From the NCBI GenBank assembly GCA_951406725.2, contig OX597816.1:111228001-111292000 (forward strand): a stretch of DNA of 64,000 bases, written 5' to 3'. Below, piece by piece: positions 24,126 to 36,510 of this stretch. Each line of letters begins with the position of its first letter. Position 1 is the first letter of the stretch. Origin of the DNA: Octopus vulgaris (Eukaryota). A model generated the notes under the pieces. That model did no database searches, had not been told where the DNA came from, and worked only from the letters and a program-made list of their open reading frames with translations. Made by a program: the position numbers and the translations under genes.

Positions 24126-26517
24126 TCACCTTTTCTCTCTTTCTGTATTTTTGATCTTTCACTAACACGTGATTGTTCATTCTAAAGAATAACGTTTTAT
24201 GAGGATTGTCAACATTTGTAAAACCAGCTACATAGAGATATTGTTAAGATATGAATTTTCTTTTAGTGCTATACATATAATTCAATAAAAATAATGTGCC
24301 ATATGACTTAAGAACTTAACTAAATGCATGCCATACAAAATGGAAAACCAAATAAAGAGTAAAATAAACGAGTCTGTCAAAATGTATTTTGAAAAGGTAA
24401 GTATACTTTCCACCCAATTTTAACATATTTGCTTCTTAAGCTATTATATTCAAACTAGAAAAAAGTTTATAAATGAATTATCGGTTTTCTTTTTCATAAG
24501 TTTAGTGTTATATTTCTTTTAGTTTCTTAATAAAAACTGTACTGTATATCGAAGAAAACGATAAATTGCTTTCAATTATTTACATGTCCATTAGTTATGA
24601 AAACTATTCAAAATACAAATAGTTAAGTTGTAAAAGAAACCTAGGTCTTCAGAAACGATTGAAAGATCGTTCAGAATTTATTGTCAGTTGGTAAAAATAC
24701 TTGACTTAACAATCTATAATGTGCGGAGAGGTTAAAGAAGGGCAATTTCTTATATGAAAAGGGGAAAGGACAACTGACGATAGAAACTTAAACTTAAATA
24801 TTTTTGTAACCTAGTAAACAACATTGAAAATATATGTTCACATGATAGTTGAAATTGGTTGCAGGTATATCACAAGATTATGAGTTTCTAGTCCGATAAA
24901 ATTATGGTTTATTCTCTCTAGTACTGACCTCTGATACCTTGATAAAATTACTTCCTATAGCACATGACTCCAAATAGGTAAAACAAATTGCGAATGAAAT
25001 AGATAGTGCTGGTGAATGAAGTCAAACTATTTTCCTTTAGCTCCTTAAGAGCTGCAACGAAAAATATAGAAAGTTATCTTTAAAATAATCTTCCTATTCA
25101 CGCTCTCTCACTTATGCATACAGTAAGTTTTTTGCCGTGCACATTTATTTAAGCTGCATGTCTATTCAAGCATATTCGATTTCCCGTACCTTTTGGACGA
25201 TACCTCCAATAAATCATATCCTATTTCAGCTCTCTTCTACTCTGCCTTTTATACGAGTTACAACAGCACATCCAGTGGATTCCGCTTGACTTATTTTCCC
25301 CTGCATTGACAAGACTGCCCATTATACGTTCAGTCTCACAATTATAGTTTCATGCTTTCTTACACATGGGTTTGTTAATTAGATCAGTATTAATTAGATT
25401 ACTTGGGTTACATAAAGCATCGAACAGTATTATAAATCTATGGGTGGTTTAAATGCTATCAGCACCTATGCATCTTAAGTCTGGGGTTTTTGTTTCTTTA
25501 TTAGATATATCACATCTCTTCTTATGTATGCATTGCTAACATTAATAACAATATTCAATTCTTATTTCCTACACCTAGCAGATAAATCAAAATCTCTTCC
25601 CAGATGGTACTGAACATTCAAAAGTGCATTACGATAATTTAGCGCGTATTTAATATCTCTAATAACTAATTATTAGTGACCTCTGTTTGTTCTCTTTCCT
25701 ATCATTGTATATATTTCTAAAAGGTGTCAGAATTAGAGTTTGATCAAATTTAAGTAGTCCTTAGGCTCTACGCAAGCTTAAACGTTGGTTGGTACCTTAT
25801 TAAGTATTTTAATAATTTATTAAAGTGTCATATACTTCCTTTCTATCTAAATTCGCCTAAAACTATTTTGTGAAATATATTAAGCTACATCAAGTTAGAT
25901 TCCATTCTATAAAACACATCATTCACTAAACAGTATTTTGTACAGGAGGTTTCTATTAAATCATAAATCCCAAGGCTGCAAATAATATATGCCTTTTTTA
26001 AATCTTATACGACGCTTGGAATTGCAACAGTCTCAATGCATAAATGATAGACTACTGGGCGATAAGTTTTGTTGTCCATTAATCATTATATGAACGTAGA
26101 ATATCCAATAACAGACCAATAACCCCGAGTAACAGGACATTTCAAAATTAGCATAAGATAGATTTAGACTGCGAGAGAGACTCGGGAGTAAAATTTCTCT
26201 TGTTTTTCCCTTTTCCTCAATACTTTCTCTTTCTTTCACTCTCCTTGCCTCTGTATTTCTGTTTAGACTAAGCAGTTCCTTTTTTTTTTCTCATTTTTGA
26301 TTTGCTTTTCCTTGTTGACTCATTATCATGCAGTTGTAGTATTTAATATTTTCTTATAAAGTAAAATTTGAATTATTTCAGTATTGACTATTTATTTTTA
26401 TAATTCGTTGAAATATCTTCCCTAATTCAGAGAGGCTGGCACTGGATAGCAGAAATATATATATTTTTGTGGTTGCCGCTGTACTTGACAGATTTGTTTG
26501 TACTTTTTAAATCAATC

Positions 26518-26650
26518 AGCCGCGTGGTTAAAACGTTCACTAACTTTCGGGTTCACATCTATAGTTCGTCGTTTTAAGCCAAGTACTTTATACGAAGGTC
26601 TCGAGTCGACCAAAGCTATGTGACAGAACTTTTATAAGTGAAAACTATGA
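26518..26650 (+). mobile_element. Degraded family-B SINE 5' part
   Basis: gcgtggtt...gggttca...ctcgagtcgaccaaagctatgtg resembles 14435-14585. Confidence 0.55.
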
Positions 26651-27987
26651 CCCTAAAACGTCTTTAAGCTTAAAAATAGAAAAAAACATTCAAATCATTT
26701 TCTAGACAAATGTATTTCATAAAATTTTAATTGCTAAGATCAGTATAAAGGCATGGTTTGTGTAATGAATCTTAAAGAGTGAACTATATATGCGGAACAT
26801 CTGCGATGCGAACTCACATACACGGACATAAGTAGATTCTACTCATGCTGTTAACTATCAGCACGATCCGTTATCAACAAGCACGCTTTAAAGCTACTAC
26901 TACCACGACTAGTAGTAGTAGTAGTAGTCCTATAGTCGTTACAGCTGCCTATAATTCACTTGGCTGGGAGTGCATATTCCAACATCCAGCACAGCACAGC
27001 GGTGATGATACAAAATCCATAACATCTATACAACGAAACAGTAATAAACACTTGATGTCGGGAAAAAATTACCACCCGTAGGTTTTGAAGCGGTGCTTAT
27101 TGTATCAACAGTCAATAACAATGTGCTCTGCATCGAGTTCATTTCATTACATTTTAGCATTTCGTTTGCAAGATTCTTGATGTGATCTTGTGTGTTGCAA
27201 CAAATTATGTGGTGTCTCGGGATGGTTATTATGCCAATAATAAACACATACACCGCTTTACTTTCACTTCTTTATTGTTCGTCAATTGGTTAGCTATTTA
27301 ACCAAGTAACTAATCGATTGTTTCGTAAATCATTTGGTTAATCAATCACTTGTGTTTGCCAGTTTCCTTTCGTCGTTAGCAAAATAGAATTTTGCTTAAA
27401 CTACAATAATGTTTTTGTTGAGTCATATCATCATATATATTTGTGTGTCTCTATTGTAGACTCACTTACAAGTCCACAAGTTTATAGTATGAACACGGGA
27501 TTTTTTAAATTTTCACATACTTCTGCAGACTTGCATTGGTATCTGCCCGATCACACACACAAACACACACACACACACACATACACACACTTGTGTATAT
27601 ATGTATCGAAGTTTGTACTTTAATGTCACTTATGCACAAAATATATACAGTCCATCAAGACTTCTCGTAGAATGACACATTTATTTCAAGACATTTTAAG
27701 ATGTTTCGCATACCATTTCTAGGCGCCAAAATTGAAACCACTTTATATTGAACAAGAACTTGATTTTGACATTCAGACTTTCCAGTAGAAAATGTATTTT
27801 CCGATTTTGTGTCATTGAGATAGTAGAAAGTCTGTGTAACTCATTCAGTATATTATTTTCGGTTGCATCTGTACTTTGTACAGTTATTTGATTTATAACT
27901 ATTTAATCAATCCTGAGAGAGAAAAATCACGTAGAATATATATAGAGAAAATAGCGAAGCATTCTAAGGTCTAATTGACTCTTCTCT

Positions 27988-27989
<2 letters not shown>

Positions 27990-28044
<55 letters not shown>

Positions 28045-28083
28045 GCAACAACAACAACAACAACAACAATAAGAATAATAATT

Positions 28084-28121
<38 letters not shown>

Positions 28122-28136
28122 TTCTTATTTATTGAT

Positions 28137-28181
<45 letters not shown>

Positions 28182-28290
28182 CGACGATGATGATGACGAC
28201 GATGATGATGATACCGGTGATCGTTCTGGCTATTATTTTCATTGTTATTTTTTTATTTCATCATCATCATCATCATCACCATCACTACTA
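27990..28290. repeat. Compound (AAT)/(AAC)/(GAT)/(CAT) microsatellite
   Basis: Direct reading; explains the poly-D, poly-M and poly-H ORFs. Confidence 0.95.
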
Positions 28291-28682
28291 CCACTCTTTT
28301 ATGTTGATATTTTGTACTTTTACTGCCCTGGCATATAGAATTTTTTTTTTCAGAAGAACTAACCTGCAATATATCGGTGTATTTTTCCCGTTAATGACGG
28401 CCCCTGCAGTGCGGTTCCCTTGTTGAACCACAGTGTATTGTGTTTTTATTTAATTATTCCTAGTATATTTATAGAAATGCATGAATTCTAATAATGGTAT
28501 CATAAATGTTTACGAAAGAGGAGCGTGAAGACGAGATCACATGATTCAAAGAGCAAGGAAGAGAGCCGGGATGATACCATAATAGTTAATAGGGATAACA
28601 ATGTCATGGCAACAGCCTGCAGTTCTGTTACCATACTAACTAAAAATCATTGACGTCACCGACAAGGCAGCAACTATTACCT

Positions 28683-28908
28683 ATTTCTTTATTACCCACA
28701 AGGGGCTAAACACAGAGGGGACAAACAAGGACAGACATAGGTATTAAGTCGATTACATCGACCCCAGTGCGTAACTGGTACTTAATTTATCGACCCCGAA
28801 AGGATGAAAGGCAAAGTCGACCTCGGCGGAATTTGAACTCACAACGTAACGCAGACGAAATACCGCTAAGCATTTCACCCGGCGTGCTAACGTTTCTGCC
28901 AGCTGGCC
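28683..28908 (-). mobile_element. tRNA-derived SINE (family A) with 16-bp target-site duplication
   Basis: Highly similar to 4887-5115. Perfect TSD gcagcaactattacct at 28667-28682 and 28909-28924. Confidence 0.93.
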
Positions 28909-29884
28909 GCAGCAACTATTACCTCCAATATGTCAACATCAATGAAGGTGAATAAGATATACCCGTATATTTGCATCGATAGCACCAACAGTACTAAGAA
29001 CAAAAGCAAGATCACACAAATGGCTTTGTGGTCTACTGCTCGCGTAAAGATCTACTGTATAGGATATTCGTTCCAAAGGAATGTAGAAGCGGTTTAAAAT
29101 AAACATCATAATGTCTGGACTGATGACATTTTCAGTCGAGGAAGTAAACAAGATCCAACAAATGATTATTTGGTATAAGTGCATTAATCGAAATGAACAG
29201 ACTTTGATATATCTGATTCATGTGAACAGATGGAAATTTTAGTATTCGAGTACACATCGCTTGGCAGGCAACAGAGGTGGGGGTAACCGTCTGCAAACGC
29301 GCTGGTAGCGAGATGTGGACGCAACTACATGCGCACATACGCGTTTAAGGAATTTGTGATTATACTAATTATATTGAACGCGTTGACGAGTCAGAATCAT
29401 GAAAGTGCCGTCCTAGAGGAACTAGGCTACTGTAGATGCAATGAGCGAAAAACACTGCAAAAGTGAACGGAACAAAGCAAATTCGTATTCCCCATGTTTA
29501 GTTTGAATAAAGATTAAACACAGATACGTTCACCACAGGCTGTGCGCTTCTTCCCCGGCATTCAAAGATTTTTAGGGATTCGATCAATGAACGAGTTAAG
29601 CAGACGTTTACGAGAGCCATCATCAGCAATAGATGCCGGGTCTTTCTAAAGAGAAGCATTCGTCAGCTTTAGCAAAGAGGCAGCAACAGTGAACGGTTTA
29701 GTAGAGGAAGTGCTCCTCAATTAATTACATGAGAAGCGCGCAAAAGGTATTGCACACAAAATATTGATACCGAGACTAAACCACTTTTTTTATGCTAAAC
29801 ATGAAGGCTGGATTATTCGTGCTAAGTCACATGCTCTGAATCTCATGGATCCAAAACCTTTCAGTACTACAGATGATGGGCTGG

Positions 29885-30358
29885 ATAAGAAGACTGTTGA
29901 AAGTCACCTAGCAAGACAAGGTCCTAGAAACGGAGGTCCTCTTCCGGGCTTATCTGCCAAGAATTTACGCACTGCCAAGAGATGCCAAGTCAGGCGGGCA
30001 GGCCATCTTTTTCGAATGACTTACACACAACTCCCCAAGAGACTGTATTACAGAGAACTATCGGAAGGCAAGCGCACGTAGGGTAGACAGAAACAGTGTT
30101 TCAAGGATATACTCAAAGACTTACTGAAGAGCTTTGAATTCAATCTCGACACCTGAGAAATGTCGCCCTGTCTGGCGAAGCTGCATCAACAGACGTGCCA
30201 CCTCCTACTAACATAACAGGATTGCAGGGACACAAAGAAAACGTGAATTGCGTGAGTCCAGAGCTAACGCTTTGCTTTCAGTTACAGCAGACAACCTGTG
30301 TCCCGTCTTCTTTTCCTATGTGATGTGCTTGGTCATCGTCGCCAACGACGGATTGACT
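29885..30358 (+). mobile_element. Degraded 3' fragment of an RTE-clade LINE
   Basis: Frames give RRLLKVT.QDKV..TEVL, then QVRRAGHLFRM...LPKRLYYRELSEGKR.GRQK..FKD.LK..LK, the typical RTE C-terminus. Confidence 0.75.
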
Positions 30359-33300
30359 ATATATGTGTGTGGGTGGGTATTTGTGTATGGGTGGATATTT
30401 GTGTGTGGGTGGGTGTGTAGGTGTTTAATTATGTATAAGTACAGAAAACGTGTGTATGTGAAATAGAGAATGCTCTTGTATTTTTCAGCCTTTATATAAT
30501 ATTGCATGTATAGGCCTTTCTTACTAATGAAAACAATTATTATTACTAGAATGTAATCCAGTGCTCATAATTACCTACCAGTCGGGCAATAAGTTTGGTA
30601 GAAGTTCTACGTCTGCAATATATAGAGATTTGGAAGGGCAAATGAGAGCGACGACGTTCTCGAGGAAACTCTGGATGTCGACATGCTATGTTTCAGAGAA
30701 CTTTCAGGCCAAGAACTATCACGGATAATTTACCAGAAAATCTTGGCTTGGAATTACTTCAGAGGAGCACTGCCAGGCAAGATAACTTTTTCAGACGATG
30801 AGGTATCGCCATGTCGGACTACCGAATGTACGTGGAGATCGACACAATCGTTCTACACGTACTCGTGCCGTGTGCCAGTATTGCTGACTTGTGAGTTTAT
30901 GTCGTATAGCTTTTGTTGCGTGTTGAACAAATATGACCACCGAGCGAATCACGTCATTACCCACATTTAAGAAGGCTGGAAAGATCGTGGTCTCTCTTTA
31001 GTTTAGCGGCTACGGAGAAAGACATTGTATGGTGAACGAGGTTAAAAGGATCATGGAAAAGCGCCTTCCTTTTCAGTGACGCTCTCATTGCAAGTATATC
31101 GAAGAGATCTTGTCATGAGACGGATACTGTCTACAAACCAACAGTTGTTTATTTGCATGTAAATATCTCCATAAATCTGATTTATGAGAATAAGAGACTT
31201 TATAGGAATATTCCAGTTTAAATTATTTATCGATGTTTTAAATTACATTTTGATTGTTATGTACAAGTTAATTACTAGTAAATACAGATCATTGATGTAA
31301 CAAATATACATAATAATTCCTTGACTTTCAGTCGCTGTAATTCTTGCTTTTCTTTAGCCTCTGGAGAGTTCCGAATGAGAAGACCACTAACCAAAATTAT
31401 TCCATCCGTGACCTTCCTGCCTTCGTTACGTATATAGTGTATTTAAGATTTTATAACCCATTGTCTTTCACGTTTCATGTTGATATTATTAAATTCAAGG
31501 AGATGCGAAAAGACTTCTTTGGCTCAGATTCATTGACTTTTATGAATCGGATACATGAATGGTCAGTACAATAAACTTAAGGTGCGTGAATCTCCAATCT
31601 ATATCTAATTCAGAATTTTGGTTCACCTGTACAAACTATAGGAAATTTTATCAATCATACTACACTCCAGTTTTAGATCACCTACTTCCATTTCTATCAG
31701 AATATTCAATGACAATTTATAATTTAGTATTCTTAGCAGTCGACTGAGAGCACATATATACGTGTTCAAGGTTTTCATTTGGAGAAGCATTTACTTGTTA
31801 TCCTTAATTCAACTGCTACTAATTAAATAGATCGGTTATCTCCCCTATTCCTGGATATAAAATTCGAAAAGAACCTGGATTTATCTCAAAAAAGTTGTAC
31901 CAACAAAGGAGTTTCAATGTGAGCAATCACGCTCCTTGAAATAGCGGACACCTTCTTCTAATCACACACTGCTGTCTTTAAAAAGAAGCAGGACACATTT
32001 GATAATGTATTATTAGATGTGCTACGTCTGAGATAAAGAAAAATTGGCCACAGTTGGGACGTCTTTGATTATGAGTATACTCAAAGAGCCCGAACAATAC
32101 AACCCTGTACTCTAACCCCACTTCCATTATTCATTGTCGGAAGTTTGGATGAAATATTTACTGCAATACTGGTGTATATTTCTACTTCTGGGTTTGCGCA
32201 CATAAACAATTGGATACGAACGAGATTTGCTGTCAGTTTGTGCTATATTAAAGCACCAGTCCATAAAAAGAATGAAGAAACGTTAAAGATCAATGCATGA
32301 CAAGTTAAGATTTCATTCAACTTTAGAGATAATACTGGAAGATAAGATGACGTATAGGAAAACATATAACGAATGAAGTCATTCATAAAGGAAGTGAGTC
32401 AAGAGTCAGATGAGTAAGATAAGAAGATAGACGAAAAAGAGAAGTAAAGGCAAAGCAGTGAGGGTTTGTATAAACAGTAGAGAGTGAAACATGACACGAG
32501 AAGAGTTAGAATTTGATTAGAAGACTTAGAATGAATATAAAATGAGGAAAATGGAACAACAATAATGAGAAAGAGTAAAAGAAGACGGAAAAGAAAGAGG
32601 AGGGGTGGTGGAGAAGAAGGAAAAGGTGGAAGGAAGAAGAAAGAAAGAATGAGATAAAAAGTTAAAAACCAACAAAACAAGAAAATATGGAGGATAAAGT
32701 GATGAAACGGAGATAGGAAAGGATTGTATTATGCGGGGATCAGAGGTAAGCTGAAAATTGGATTATAATATTCCACGAAAGACTATTTGGATGTTGTCAG
32801 TTCCACAATAAATTACGGTTATAATCCCCAAACCAAGTTTGTGTCATCATAAGAAGTTTGAGACATTATAAGTACTCTGTTGGGAGAAAATAGTTTATGG
32901 ACCAGATAAAAAGAGAGTTACAAATAAGGAAGTTTTCATTCCTAATCAATTCAGAGTTGTCACTCATTGTATTAGTGAAGAAGAGAACAAAAAGTTAGAA
33001 ATGCAGCCGTCAGCCAAATAGAAAGCACTCTGAACAGGATATGGTTATTTAACACCTTCTTGCTTCAAGAGGGGTTTTTTTACGTCTTGTAAAACGAGTG
33101 AGAAGCATTTATAGGTTAAATGTCTCTGAAACATATTTGATCTAGTCCGAACATAGCATTTTCAGAGCTTGAACCTAATAGTAGCTCCAATTTAAAGCAT
33201 GTATTTCAAATTATATTTATCTCTCACTCTCTCACTGGATGGCGTACATTTTAATACTCAAACCAAATATATATATTTGGCGGGCAATTTGAATCTGGCC

Positions 33301-33592
33301 TTGTACATACGTGCATATGTATGTATGTTTGGACGCTCGTATATGTAAGTATAACGTGTGTTCTGTATATATATATATTTGTAATTATGTGCTAATGTGG
33401 TACATTCAACTAACGAAAGCAGAGCTTATTTGAAGCAAAGCTAGAAATCCAGGATCTTGAATTATCCAGTAATATCTTTTTGCTAGTTTATTTTGTCCCT
33501 CTATCTTATCTCATGGCGTGATATGAACATTTTAGGTGGTTTTTATACTCAGGGTTTGACTGCTATTTCGGCATGGTGGTGTCTCTCAGATA

Positions 33593-33642
<50 letters not shown>

Positions 33643-33770
33643 TATATAGATAGATAGATAGATAGATAGACAGATAGATAGTTATATATATATATACATA
33701 TAAATATATATATATATTTATATATTAATATATTTGAATGTATATTGTTAAAATGCTTAAAGAGTTGGAT

Positions 33771-33952
33771 TGTTATAACGCCCACTTCGGTACACAGTAT
33801 ACGTAGTATAACCAGTAAAGACACGACTATCACTGATCGCCTACTATGTATTCCCGCACTTTACGTATTTCTCTTTACTTATAGTGACTAGGTTATTGTC
33901 GCATGGGCAGAGTGTACACTTATTACTAATTCCCTACAACATCTCCCCTTTT
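33771..33952 (-). mobile_element. Short (171-bp) LTR with adjacent polypurine tract; 3' end of an LTR retrotransposon
   Basis: On the minus strand aaaaggggaga (33942-33952) lies directly before TGTTGTAG...TATAACA (33941-33771), which has TG..CA inverted termini. Confidence 0.6.
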
Positions 33953-33984
33953 AAGTTTTCCTTAAGAATTGTCAGCTTATTTAC

Positions 33985-35185
33985 TCCTAGAAAATTTACT
34001 ATTTTATGATCAGTTTCAATTGTTATAGATAGTCCAAAGTTTTTAAAGAACTTAAACAGATTTTTTTCTGTATTTTTAAAGAACTTATACAATTTTTAAA
34101 AAATTACTATAATTTTTCCAGTAGGAAAAGATCGTAATTATTATATAGACCCCACCACGCACAAATACTAAACTAGAAAGCCAGGTTTCCACCTGTAAAC
34201 TAACATAAAATGCGACGGGATCAGTAATCTGCACTGAGTTGTTTGGTCGCGTTGTTATGTTGAAACATTCCATTCTATTTCATCTGATCTATAGCTTATT
34301 ATCGTAATCAATTATTGTGTTACGAGTAGCTAGTATAATATCTATCTCATGTTTGGATAAATTAGAGTTGTGAAAGGTGAATATAATGGCTTTATTCAGT
34401 AATATTGGATTAATAGTGGAACAGTAGTTAGAGATATCAATTTCCAGATTCCGGAACGAACAAATAACCTCCAGTGTGTCAGGCCATAGCATAAGTTTAA
34501 TAATGAATCTTTGAGTTGGTAAGATTCTATCTATATAAATTTTACTGATTCCACCTACATTCAATTTAGTTGGCTATATGAGTCTAACTGTTGGATGGCT
34601 GTGAAACTCAATTTCATGGTCCTTAAGATTAATTGCAGGCTTTCTAGGTGTATATGGTTTTATTCTGTATTCTGCCCTCAACTCTGTAACTATTTCCAGT
34701 TCCATATTTATCTCAGTGAATGTTTCATTCGGTGTATGTTTATATTTACAAGGAAGTTCTTGCATAAGCTTTTATTTAGATCTGAATGTCAACATTATAC
34801 AAATTTCCGGTTTTATCAACCGGCACTAAGATACCTGTTGTATCTTACAGTTCCTCAAGTATTTGTTTCAATCTCTGCTGATGTTGGTTATGTCTCCTAG
34901 GAGTTTTTCTAATTTTTACATTCTTAATTATATTATATAGTTCCTCCTCCAGCAGTACCAGAGGTTGATTATTTAGGGCGTTCCGCAGGGATTTAAATTT
35001 CCGTTTGAGCACTTCTTCGAATTCATTCTTATTGGCCGGTTTAATTTTCCTGTCGAAGATGAATGCCTTCCATTTCATTCTATTGATGAAAGAACTGGTA
35101 TTTCCTTTCAGCAGTTTCAGGTACACCTTCTTACTGGGTATAGGTATATCGTTGAGGGAAACATCCAATGTGATCTTTTCCATCT
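33985..35185 (-). mobile_element. Degraded Penelope-like RT (N-terminal half)
   Basis: SLNDIPIPSKKVYLK...INRMKWKAFIF, KPAINLKDH...PTVRLI.PTK.NVGGISKIYIDRI and KFFKNFGLSITIETDHKIVNFLGV match PLE RT motifs. Many stops and frameshifts. Confidence 0.72.
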
Positions 35186-35239
35186 TTCAGGCAGAGTTAC
35201 GATAGCGATCTTATCCGGCATTTCAAAACACTTCTACGG

Positions 35240-35712
35240 TTATCATACGACAAAAATACTCCTTTTAATAGATATGCATGTCGAAATCCGTTAGTGTAAG
35301 CAGAATTCTTGGAAAAATTTATGATACAAGAAGATGGAATGAACAGGCTTTTAATTTATCTCAGTATTTTTATGACTGTGTCTATTTGAATCTACGTGTC
35401 GCTCTTTGTAGAATATGTTAAAAGTAGAATATGAGTATAAAACAATGAAATCCAGCAGTGCTCGCGAAGACACTCACCAGATGATGTGCAAATACACAGC
35501 TATTGCTGAATCATATTTATATAATAATACTATTTGTGAAACACGCGGCAACTAATAGTTGATGCTAATGATCGGAAACAATCGCTGTGAGTTGGACGAA
35601 AGCCTCTCATTCCATCTAGTATGATAATCTTTTTTGCATGAATTCTGCAACACTAACGGATTGAATTTCCACATATATTTCCAGTAATACGAGTATTTTT
35701 GCTGTATAATAA
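35240..35712. repeat. Diverged inverted repeat upstream of the old Penelope RT (probable inverted pseudo-LTR remnant)
   Basis: 35240-35351 vs the reverse complement of 35599-35712 (caaaaatactc, aatccgttagtgt..gcagaattc, agatggaatga..ggcttt). Confidence 0.7.
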
Positions 35713-35900
35713 CATATAGTAACGGGCAACTATAAAGGAGCTTTGACATGCACGTTATAAGGTTATACCCACCTAATATTGTGTGTATATATATATGGTA
35801 CTTTCATAAATTTTAGTCTTCTGTAGCCTCGAGTAGCCCTTGTGACTGGAAGCAGGTGACAACACTTCTGCAGTAGTCCATCGTGTATATATATATAATT

Positions 35901-36446
35901 GCCAATCGAGTGTGGCGTCCTATACGGGACAGTGCTACTGGCGTTTAAAGCCCCAAGAAGACATCTATTCCACCTGATTATAGACACACATTCTGTGTCC
36001 GATAACTATTTGCGAGGGGAAGTCATCGCTCCCATCCCTAGCCTTACGTGATACACCCGGATTCGAGTTTCTTAGTGGTTACCCGTCCTCGGCGAATGTT
36101 AATCACTTGCTAGTGATGAAAACACCCCTCTCGCAAAATTCTATATGCTTTTTTCCAGCGACGAACCATCGCTAATCTCGGAAAGGGGGAAGTAAGCTAT
36201 ATTACATCTCTGAGTGAGATGTAAACAGTAGCAATACAGAATCGTAACATATATTTGCCAACCAAGTGTGGCGTCCTTTACGAGACAGTGCTACTTGTGT
36301 TTATAGCGCCAGGAACACATCTCTTCTAGCTGGTTAACGACAGACATTCTGTGTCTGATTCGTATTTGCGAGAGGAGGTCATCGCCCCCATACCTCGCCT
36401 TACGTGATACACACGGACTCGAGCTTGTGTGTGGTTACCCGTCCTC
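35901..36446. repeat. ~1.5-mer tandem of a ~357-bp non-coding unit between (TA)n tracts
   Basis: 35901-36090 and 36258-36446 are diverged direct copies (gtgtggcgtcct...gacagtgctact...ccttacgtgatacac...gtggttacccgtcctc). Confidence 0.8.

Positions 36447-36510
<64 letters not shown>

Noticed and set aside
24267-24396. Possible plus-strand exon (ttttag...AAG|gtaagt)
   Set aside because: Good splice motifs, but stops or no informative peptide; such motifs arise by chance in AT-rich DNA.
32330-32720. Purine-rich tract, and pyrimidine-rich tract at ~36930-37220, giving hydrophobic ORFs
   Set aside because: Low-complexity sequence; the apparent membrane proteins are compositional artefacts.
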